Source: Prochlorococcus sp. AG-363-B04
Lineage (GTDB): Bacteria > Cyanobacteriota > Cyanobacteriia > PCC-6307 > Cyanobiaceae
Assembly (NCBI GenBank): GCA_003278465.1
Contig: QCFC01000002.1
Coordinates: forward strand, 23,865 to 87,864
Direction: 5' to 3'
DNA length: 64,000 nt
Shown: piece after piece, positions 56,363 to 64,000 of the stretch
Numbering within the stretch: position 1 is the first letter of the stretch
Layout of the letters: each line of letters begins with the position of its first letter
Notes under the pieces: generated by a model
Told to the model about the DNA's origin: nothing
What the model saw: only the letters and a program-made list of their open reading frames with translations
The model's database searches: none
Position numbers and translations under genes: made by a program

Positions 56363-56938
56363 TTACTCACTATCGGAAAGGAGGGATTTCCATCGATTGG
56401 TCAATGCTGAGATCAGTTCTTTTCTGTCTTTGCTACGGAGAAGGTAATTGGATGAGAACCAAATCAACCAAACAAAACCAGAGAGTTCAAAAAGTCGAGG
56501 TGCGAGTGGAACTTTGGCAATTGTCGCTAAGACAGTTGAATAAATCCTTAGAGTCAATAGAAAAATGACTAAACCAGAGAAAATAAATAATGGCTGTTTT
56601 AAACGGATCCACTGCTGTGAAAGATTTTCTTGACTTATTGCCTTTTTGATTTTTTGGACAAGTAGATCCCATTCTCCACCTTCTTCCTGATCTTTTGGCG
56701 AAGGATTTTGCTTCTCTTGATCAGTTGAAGGATTGGTTTGTTTTTCGGTGGATTTTTGTTGAAGAATGTAATTGTCAGGAATTCCTGGCTTTGATGTGCC
56801 TCCCTTGTCGTCTAATTGAGAACTCTCAAGGTTTATAGCTATCTGATCGTTATCGGACAGGTCAAGATCTTTTATGGAATCCGCGGAGGGAGGTGGAGAT
56901 GAGGCTGAATTTGTGTTTGATCCTTCCGATGAATTCAT
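56363..56938 (-). CDS. CAAD/CURT1-like domain membrane protein
   Basis: Acidic low-complexity N-terminus, then two TM helices and an amphipathic end (PLFIFSGLVIFLLTLRIY...FELSGFVWLIWF). Confidence 0.65.
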   Translation of the reverse strand: MNSSEGSNTNSASSPPPSADSIKDLDLSDNDQIAINLESSQLDDKGGTSKPGIPDNYILQQKSTEKQTNPSTDQEKQNPSPKDQEEGGEWDLLVQKIKKAISQENLSQQWIRLKQPLFIFSGLVIFLLTLRIYSTVLATIAKVPLAPRLFELSGFVWLIWFSSNYLLRSKDRKELISALTNRWKSLLSDSE

Positions 56939-57097
56939 GGATCATTTAGCACCTCAATATGCATTTTAAGGCGCCTGTCCAGGCTTAAGGTTTTTTACGC
57001 ATCACGATATAAGAGAATTTTTGACGGTTTTTGGTCCTTTAGGTCGTTCTAATTACCAGTTGCCGAGATATTCTTATGACTGGTAAACAGCTCTTTT

Positions 57098-59728
57098 ATG
57101 GCTGATCCATTGGGTTCAGGTAATTCTGGCCCAGGCGAGTCTGACGATCGGATCATCCAGACGGACCTTCGCAATGAGATGTCGCGCTCCTATTTGGAGT
57201 ATGCGATGAGTGTGATAGTTGGCCGTGCTTTGCCTGATGCACGTGATGGGTTGAAACCTGTTCATAGGCGCATTCTTTATGCGATGTATGAATTGGGCCT
57301 TACAAGTGAAAGGCCATATAGAAAGTGTGCTCGTGTGGTTGGAGAGGTCTTAGGTAAATACCACCCTCATGGGGATACAGCCGTCTATGACGCTTTAGTG
57401 AGGATGGCTCAAGATTTTTCTATGCAAATGCCCTTAATTGATGGGCATGGAAATTTTGGATCAGTTGATAACGATCCTCCTGCTGCTATGCGATATACCG
57501 AATCGCGTCTCCAGTCACTAACTACAGACAGCCTTCTTGAAGATATAGAGGCAGAAACTGTTGATTTTGCCGATAATTTTGATGGTTCTCAGCAAGAACC
57601 GACGGTTTTGCCTGCGCGTATTCCTCAGTTGCTCCTTAATGGATCTTCTGGAATTGCTGTTGGAATGGCTACAAATATTCCTCCGCATAATCTTAATGAA
57701 CTCATAGAAGGACTTCTTTCACTTATCCGGAATCCTGATTTGGGTGATAAAGAACTTATGCAGATAATTCCTGGTCCTGACTTTCCAACTGGTGGACAGA
57801 TACTTGGTCGGAGTGGGATACGAGATACATATTTAACTGGTCGAGGTTCTGTGACCATGAGAGGTGTAGCAAACATAGAGACAATTGAGTCTCCTGGAAG
57901 ACCAGATAGGGATGCCGTAATTGTCACTGAGTTGCCTTATCAGACGAATAAGGCTGCATTAATTGAGAGAATTGCAGAAATGGTTAATGATAAAAAATTG
58001 GAAGGAATCTCTGATATCCGTGACGAAAGTGATCGTGATGGGATGAGAATTGTTGTTGAATTACGACGAGATTCATACCCTCAGGTGGTTTTAAATAACT
58101 TATTTAAATTAACTCCATTACAAAGTAATTTTAGTGCAAATATGCTGGCATTGGTAAATGGAGAACCGCTAATACTTACTTTGCGTAAGATGTTACAAGT
58201 ATTCCTTGATTTCCGTATTGAAACAATTGAGAGACGTACACGTTATTTACTTCGTAAAGCACAAGAAAGAGATCATATCTTGTTAGGTCTTTTGGTTGCA
58301 TTAGATAATCTAGATCAAATTATTGCTTTGATAAGAGCAGCATCAGATACGGCTTCAGCTAAAGAAAGTCTACAGAAAAATCATGATCTTACTGAGATTC
58401 AAGCTGATTCAATTCTCCAAATGCAGTTAAGACGTTTAACTGCTTTAGAAGCTGATAAGATTCGATTAGAACATGAAGATCTTCTAAAGAAAATAGATGA
58501 TTACAACGATATTCTTAACAGGAGAGAGAGGGTTTTAAATTTAATAGAGAATGAGTTATCTAAGCTTCGTGAAAAATATAATTTACCTCGGCGTACAGAA
58601 ATTCTGGATCTAGGTGCAGGGCTTGACGATATTGATCTAATTGCAAATGAAAGATCAGTTGTTCTTCTAACTGAGGCAGGATATTTAAAGAGAATGCCTG
58701 TAAATGAGTTTGAGTCAACAAGTAGAGGAACTAGAGGCAAAGCGGGAACAAGAACACAAGGAGAAGAAGCAGTTAAACTATTTATTAGTTGTAATGATCA
58801 TGATACATTATTATTATTTAGTGACCGAGGAGTAGCCTATGCTCTACCCGCTTACCGCGTCCCACAGTGTAGTCGTGTGGCCAAGGGAACACCCGTTGTT
58901 CAGTTATTACCAATTCCTAGAGAGGAGGCGATTACCTCTCTTTTATCAGTTTCTTCTTTTGATGATGAAAAACATATTTTGATGCTTACTAAAGGAGGTC
59001 TTATAAAGAGAACTTTGCTTTCTGCTTTTGGTAAAATTAGATCGAATGGTTTAATTGCTATAGGTTTAGAGGAAGGAGATGCCTTGACATGGGTTCGTTT
59101 AGCGGTTCCTGGAGATAGTGTTCTGATAGGTTCGAAGACAGGGATGACTATTCATTTCCGACTTAATGATTCTGAGTTAAGACCTTTGGGTAGAACAGCT
59201 CGTGGAGTTAGAGCTATGAATTTACGGTCTGGTGATTCTTTAGTGAGTATGGATGTACTTTCAAGCGAGTTGGCTGATCAAGTTGATCAAAGTGTTGAAG
59301 ATGAGGAAGGGGAAGGTCCCGATTCGATTTCTATTAGTGATGGTCCTTGGGTCTTGGTTGCTTCAGCAAGTGGCTTAGGGAAAAGAGTACCTGTTACACA
59401 ATTTCGATTGCAAAAACGGGCTGGTATGGGTCTTCGTGCAATGAAATTCAGAAGAGAAGGTGATGAGTTAGTGGGTTTAAGAGTTTTGGGATATGGGGAA
59501 GAATTGCTTTTGGTCAGTGAGAGAGGAGTAATTGTTAGAACAAGTGCAGACAAGATTTCTCAACAGTCTCGTGCGGCAACTGGGGTCAGACTTCAGAAAT
59601 TGGATGATGGGGATCATCTAGCAGAAGTAGTGTTAGTGCCTCATGAGATAGATGACAAAGACCAAAAGGACCATTCAATTGATCTTGATGAGTCTCTTGA
59701 TTCAACTAACGTCTCTCCAAGTTCCTGA
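57098..59728 (+). CDS. gyrA: DNA gyrase subunit A
   Basis: [31 protein letters not shown], the catalytic-Tyr region AAMRYTE, and the C-terminal beta-pinwheel. Confidence 0.97.
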   Translation: MADPLGSGNSGPGESDDRIIQTDLRNEMSRSYLEYAMSVIVGRALPDARDGLKPVHRRILYAMYELGLTSERPYRKCARVVGEVLGKYHPHGDTAVYDALVRMAQDFSMQMPLIDGHGNFGSVDNDPPAAMRYTESRLQSLTTDSLLEDIEAETVDFADNFDGSQQEPTVLPARIPQLLLNGSSGIAVGMATNIPPHNLNELIEGLLSLIRNPDLGDKELMQIIPGPDFPTGGQILGRSGIRDTYLTGRGSVTMRGVANIETIESPGRPDRDAVIVTELPYQTNKAALIERIAEMVNDKKLEGISDIRDESDRDGMRIVVELRRDSYPQVVLNNLFKLTPLQSNFSANMLALVNGEPLILTLRKMLQVFLDFRIETIERRTRYLLRKAQERDHILLGLLVALDNLDQIIALIRAASDTASAKESLQKNHDLTEIQADSILQMQLRRLTALEADKIRLEHEDLLKKIDDYNDILNRRERVLNLIENELSKLREKYNLPRRTEILDLGAGLDDIDLIANERSVVLLTEAGYLKRMPVNEFESTSRGTRGKAGTRTQGEEAVKLFISCNDHDTLLLFSDRGVAYALPAYRVPQCSRVAKGTPVVQLLPIPREEAITSLLSVSSFDDEKHILMLTKGGLIKRTLLSAFGKIRSNGLIAIGLEEGDALTWVRLAVPGDSVLIGSKTGMTIHFRLNDSELRPLGRTARGVRAMNLRSGDSLVSMDVLSSELADQVDQSVEDEEGEGPDSISISDGPWVLVASASGLGKRVPVTQFRLQKRAGMGLRAMKFRREGDELVGLRVLGYGEELLLVSERGVIVRTSADKISQQSRAATGVRLQKLDDGDHLAEVVLVPHEIDDKDQKDHSIDLDESLDSTNVSPSS

Positions 59729-59730
59729 AA

Positions 59731-60957
59731 TTGGCCAATTGTTCGGATGTTCTGGTTATGGGGGCTGGACCAGCAGCCTTATGCATTGTCGCTGAGTTAG
59801 TAGAGCATGGCTTAAAAGTTACAGCTCTTGCATCACATACTCCAGATAAGCCTTGGCCAAATACTTATGGTATTTGGGCCGAAGAGCTGGAATCACTCGG
59901 AATGGCTTCTCTCTTAGGGCATCGTTGGAGTAATACCGTTAGTTATTTTGGTAATGGGATTGAAGAAGAGGGCAATAAACCAATTAGTCATGATTTTGAC
60001 TATGGGCTTTTTGATCAAGATGCCCTTCAAAAATCACTTTTAGATAGATGTAGGGGAATTGATTGGAGAGTTGAAACGGCTAGTGAAATTAGGGTTCTTG
60101 GAGCAGAAACTGAAGTCTTTTGTTCGTCAGGAAATTCTTATCGAGCCCGTGTGGTTATTGATGCAAGTGGACATAGGAGTCAATTTATTAAACGCCCAGA
60201 TCATGGACCAGTTGCAGAGCAGGCTGCTTATGGAGTAGTTGGTCGATTTAGTTCACCACCTGTAGATGCTGGCCAGTTTGTGCTTATGGACTTTAGGCCT
60301 AATCATCTTACTGAGTTTGAAAGGTGTCAGCCTCCCACTTTCCTCTATGCAATGGATTTTGGAGAGGGTATTTTTTTTGTTGAGGAGACTTCATTAGCAT
60401 GTTCCCCTCCTTTCCCTTCAAGCAAATTAAGAGAAAGATTGCAATCACGTTTAGCAGCTAGAGGTGTTGAAATTAGAGAAATCATTCATGAAGAACATTG
60501 CCTTTTCCCTATGAACCTTCCTCTCCCTGATCGGAGTCAGCCTTTGTTGGCATTTGGAGGTGCCGCAAGTATGGTTCATCCTGCTTCTGGATATATGGTT
60601 GGAGCCTTATTGCGCAGAGCTCCTACTTTGGCAAAGAGATTGGCTGCTGCTATGAAGCAGAAGCCTGTATTGGATTCTGCAGCTCTTTCTAGGACGGGAT
60701 GGGATGTCCTTTGGTCGAGTGAATTAGTTCAACGCCATCGACTTTATCAATTTGGGCTTAGAAGATTAATGAGTTTTGATGAGGAACGTCTTCGTAGTTT
60801 CTTTGAGACTTTCTTTCACTTGCCAAGAAAAGACTGGTCAGGATTTTTAGCTAATACTCTTCCACTTCCAAAATTATTGATAGTTATGCTTAAGCTTTTC
60901 TGGATCTCACCATGGGATGTAAGAGTTGGAATGATTTTCGGTATAAATTCTCTTTAG
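59731..60957 (+). CDS. crtL: lycopene cyclase, CrtL family
   Basis: DVLVMGAGPAALCIVAEL dinucleotide fold, FLYAMDF, GGAASMVHPASGY. Apparent TTG start 3 nt after the gyrA stop. Confidence 0.85.
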   Translation: MANCSDVLVMGAGPAALCIVAELVEHGLKVTALASHTPDKPWPNTYGIWAEELESLGMASLLGHRWSNTVSYFGNGIEEEGNKPISHDFDYGLFDQDALQKSLLDRCRGIDWRVETASEIRVLGAETEVFCSSGNSYRARVVIDASGHRSQFIKRPDHGPVAEQAAYGVVGRFSSPPVDAGQFVLMDFRPNHLTEFERCQPPTFLYAMDFGEGIFFVEETSLACSPPFPSSKLRERLQSRLAARGVEIREIIHEEHCLFPMNLPLPDRSQPLLAFGGAASMVHPASGYMVGALLRRAPTLAKRLAAAMKQKPVLDSAALSRTGWDVLWSSELVQRHRLYQFGLRRLMSFDEERLRSFFETFFHLPRKDWSGFLANTLPLPKLLIVMLKLFWISPWDVRVGMIFGINSL

Positions 60958-62540
60958 CTTTTAATTTTTTTCCAGTCTCCTATTCTGATCATGGGGAATA
61001 GATTATTTTCTGATTCGAATTTTTCTAGCCAAGATATTTTATATTTCTTGTTCTTTTTTATTACTTGAATTAGATCCCAAAAATGGTTTAAATGTTTGTG
61101 GATTCGATTCTTTGCAATGTCAGTTGTAGTTCCTGCTCTGAGAATGAAACTCCAATCTGATGACTGGGCAAGTAGAAGTTCTCTGGCGGCTTGATTTAGT
61201 AACCTTAGGTGTGATTTTACATTTGAATCTTGACTACATATTTCGATAATAGCTTTGCTTGCTCGATTCCATTCGGGAACTATCCAAGCATTGCTTTCGT
61301 TAAGCCAATAATGATGGTAACCACCTTGCCCCCAACTGGATGGGGAGGGCTCACATAATTGTATTTGAGGAGTACCAGAAAGCTTATCTCGGAGGCTTGT
61401 AAAATTAATGTTCTCTTGTTTCGCTTGTTTAAATAGTTCTGATAGAAATATAGGTCCCTCAAACCACCAGTGTCCAAATAGTTCAGCATCAAACGGTGCG
61501 ACTAACAATGGATTATTTTTCATCTCAGCTTCAAGTCTATGTAATTGAGACTTGCGATCTTGAAGATAAAGTTTTGCATGCAATTTTGCGCGAGCAATAG
61601 CTTCTGAAGGATTGTATATAGATTTATTTTCGAGATTTACTAATTGACCTGTAACGCTGTGAAGCTTTAGTCCAAGAGGCCTTTTGCTTTTAATACCAAG
61701 ATCGTTTAGTTCCTCTTCTGAAAGTTCCCATCCCAGATCTCGATGAAACTCTCGGTAAGATGGATCTCCTGGGTATCCTTCTTTTGCCGACCAGACTGGA
61801 AGGGTTGATTCACTATCTCTGCCAAAAAAAGCAATCCCTTTTTTAGTGCAAATTGGAGCATAGATTCCATAGCGTGGCCTAGGCTTTCCATGTAGAAGTC
61901 CATGCCCGTCAAGAATTGCATAACGTAGTCCTGCATCGGCAATCCAATTGTCTAGACCTTCGTAGTAGGCACATTCTGGCAACCAGATACCTAGTGGGGG
62001 TTGCCCTAATAAGCGACTGTGTTCTGTAACGGCTGTTTTTAATTGTCCTCGAATTACTTCTGGGTGCTCTCTAAGAAGAGGAAGGTATCCGTGAGTAGCT
62101 GCACATGTGAGCAAATCGACTACATTTAAATGCTGTAGGTTTGCAAAACGAGATATTATCTCTCCATCAAAATTCTCCCAGTAGTTGAGTTGAGTTTTTA
62201 TAAATTCAGATAGATATCTAGAGGCATTATTAAATTCTCTTGAGGTATTTTCTAGTAATTTTAATCTAGTAGAAATCCAATCAGGAAAACGTTTGCTTAG
62301 TTCTTTATCATTAAGAAGGGATAGCAAGGTGGGAGAAAGGCCAATTGTGATCTTTGGCGATTGTCCTTTTTCTGCTGCTTTTTCAAGAAGTTGCAGAAGT
62401 GGTAAATAGCATTCCAAGAGTGCCTGAAAAAACCAGTCCTCTTCTAAAGAACCAGAATCAGCCGATCTCACGTAAGGGAGATGGGCGTGAAGAACCAGGG
62501 CGATTTCGCCTTTGGTCTCATTTATAGAATGGATGCTCAA
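60954..62540 (-). CDS. glycoside hydrolase family 57 / DUF1957 alpha-glucan branching-type enzyme
   Basis: LVLHAHLPYVR, HGYLPLL, ECAY and ELFGHWWFEG motifs. Confidence 0.85.
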   Translation of the reverse strand: MSIHSINETKGEIALVLHAHLPYVRSADSGSLEEDWFFQALLECYLPLLQLLEKAAEKGQSPKITIGLSPTLLSLLNDKELSKRFPDWISTRLKLLENTSREFNNASRYLSEFIKTQLNYWENFDGEIISRFANLQHLNVVDLLTCAATHGYLPLLREHPEVIRGQLKTAVTEHSRLLGQPPLGIWLPECAYYEGLDNWIADAGLRYAILDGHGLLHGKPRPRYGIYAPICTKKGIAFFGRDSESTLPVWSAKEGYPGDPSYREFHRDLGWELSEEELNDLGIKSKRPLGLKLHSVTGQLVNLENKSIYNPSEAIARAKLHAKLYLQDRKSQLHRLEAEMKNNPLLVAPFDAELFGHWWFEGPIFLSELFKQAKQENINFTSLRDKLSGTPQIQLCEPSPSSWGQGGYHHYWLNESNAWIVPEWNRASKAIIEICSQDSNVKSHLRLLNQAARELLLAQSSDWSFILRAGTTTDIAKNRIHKHLNHFWDLIQVIKKNKKYKISWLEKFESENNLFPMIRIGDWKKIKS

Positions 62541-63003
62541 ATTTAGAGGGTTGTTAGAGTGCTGATAAAGCTTTCAGTATTTTAGGTTATATGAAGTGAA
62601 TAATACTTATTTCTATTTCAGTAGACCTGCTCTTTTAATTGCTTCTATCAAAAAATGAAATAATAGTATTTGAATCTTTTTGGCTTTTAAGAATTTTCGA
62701 AACAGAAGGAATATTGATTTGTTTGGTATTTGTGGATACTTTTTTTAATTCATGATGACCATTGTTTGTTTTGTTCAGAAGCAAGGTGCTTATCTAGAAG
62801 TATTTTTATAATTACTTTCTTTGGAATTTAGTAAATTATGACTTGTCTTATGTATTGATAAATTTAGTTGAAAGCTTTTAATATAGTTTAAAAACTAAAT
62901 TTAAAAGTAAAGAGATAATTCACGTTTCAATATAGTTGAAAATAAAATCTTGCTAATTGTCAAAACAGGTTTGATTTAGAATGAGTTTCTCTAGGCTGCC
63001 TTT

Positions 63004-64000
63004 ATGGCAAAGGATCCAGGTCGCATTTTGATTTTTGACACCACCCTTAGGGATGGTGAGCAATCCCCAGGTGCAAGTCTCAACCTTGAAGAAAAACTGG
63101 CTATAGCTCAGCAGCTTGCAAGGTTGGGAGTTGACATTATTGAGGCAGGGTTTCCATATGCAAGTCAGGGGGATTTTGCTGCAGTCCAACGAATTGCAGA
63201 TCATGTTGGGAGTGGAGATGGACCAGTTATTTGTGGATTAGCAAGAGCATCAAAAGCTGATATCAGAGCTTGTGCAGAAGCTGTCTCTCCAGCTTCTCAG
63301 AAACGTATTCATACTTTCATCGCTACTAGCGATATTCATCTAGAGCACAAATTGCGCAAAACCCGTTCACAGGTGCTTTCTGTAGTTCCTGAGATGGTTA
63401 GTTATGCACGTTCGTTTGTTGATGATGTCGAGTTTTCTTGTGAGGATGCAGGTAGAAGTGATCCTGAATTCCTTTATGAAGTAATAGAGGCTGCTATAGC
63501 AGCAGGTGCAAGCACGATTAATATCCCAGATACAGTTGGATACACAACCCCTTCAGAATTCGGTTTATTGATTAAGGGAATTAATGCAAATGTAACCAAT
63601 ATTGAGGATGCTGTTTTATCAGTTCATGGTCATAATGATCTCGGATTAGCTGTTGCCAATTTTCTTGAGGCAGCAAAGAATGGAGCTAGGCAGTTTGAAT
63701 GCACAATAAATGGTATAGGGGAGCGAGCTGGTAATGCTGCTCTTGAAGAATTGGTAATGGCCTTACATGTTCGAAGACGTTATTTTAACCCTTTCTTTAG
63801 TAGGAACATAGAAAGCCCAACACCCCTTACAGCAATACGAACGGAAGAGATTACTAAAACTTCTCGCTTGGTATCTAATCTAACCGGAATGGTTGTACAG
63901 CCCAATAAAGCAATTGTTGGTGCAAATGCTTTTGCTCATGAGTCTGGTATTCATCAGGATGGAGTTCTTAAAAATCGACTTACTTATGAAATTGTTGACG
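63004..64000 (+). CDS. leuA: 2-isopropylmalate synthase (5' part, runs off the window end)
   Basis: My translation is [51 protein letters not shown]...[12 protein letters not shown]...; open to the window end. Confidence 0.92.
   Translation, partial: MAKDPGRILIFDTTLRDGEQSPGASLNLEEKLAIAQQLARLGVDIIEAGFPYASQGDFAAVQRIADHVGSGDGPVICGLARASKADIRACAEAVSPASQKRIHTFIATSDIHLEHKLRKTRSQVLSVVPEMVSYARSFVDDVEFSCEDAGRSDPEFLYEVIEAAIAAGASTINIPDTVGYTTPSEFGLLIKGINANVTNIEDAVLSVHGHNDLGLAVANFLEAAKNGARQFECTINGIGERAGNAALEELVMALHVRRRYFNPFFSRNIESPTPLTAIRTEEITKTSRLVSNLTGMVVQPNKAIVGANAFAHESGIHQDGVLKNRLTYEIVD

Overview
AT-rich marine picocyanobacterial chromosome segment, almost certainly a low-light-adapted Prochlorococcus. 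The evidence is three pcb (chlorophyll a2/b2 antenna) genes, five hli-type genes, the Yfr1 sRNA in a trxA-guaB spacer, an SLH/OprB porin, and very compact gene spacing. All calls rest on reading the ORF translations and the DNA by eye; no searches were run, and hand-counted small features may be off by 1-3 nt.

Layout:
- 0-3.4 kb: a minus-strand cluster of secreted proteins, including a beta-propeller/RTX protein that carries a fresh internal duplication.
- 3.9-7.6 kb: a 1217-aa 5-oxoprolinase.
- 7.6-19.9 kb: an island-like, ORF-poor stretch. It holds four tandem hli genes, a T4-endonuclease-V-like UV repair gene, a GLYK-like kinase, pstS, rubredoxin and many tiny ORFs.
- 20-29 kb: two tandem pcb genes with duplicated 5' regions, a porin, a Nif11-type peptide, a TM2 protein and a third pcb.
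- 31-33 kb: ycf54, a ferredoxin and acsF.
- 33.4-37.5 kb: a dense patch of structured-RNA-like elements and mini-proteins.
- 39-64 kb: ordinary core genes (pentapeptide protein, MFS, DUF1400 hydrolase, Dpp/Opp-type ABC parts, hom, sufE, MTHFS, ruvC, chlI, class-A beta-lactamase-like, trmJ-like, cytM, petG, rsmD, hisH, trxA, Yfr1, guaB, CAAD protein, gyrA, crtL, GH57, leuA).

No rRNA, tRNA, CRISPR array, transposase or integrase was seen.

The most novel-looking signal is at 33.8-34.1 kb. Two tandem 42-nt hairpin modules differ only by compensatory stem changes and sit directly in front of a 33-aa mini-HLIP ORF. They are flanked by paralogous Cys-terminated mini-membrane peptides, stacked terminators and very long perfect palindromes.
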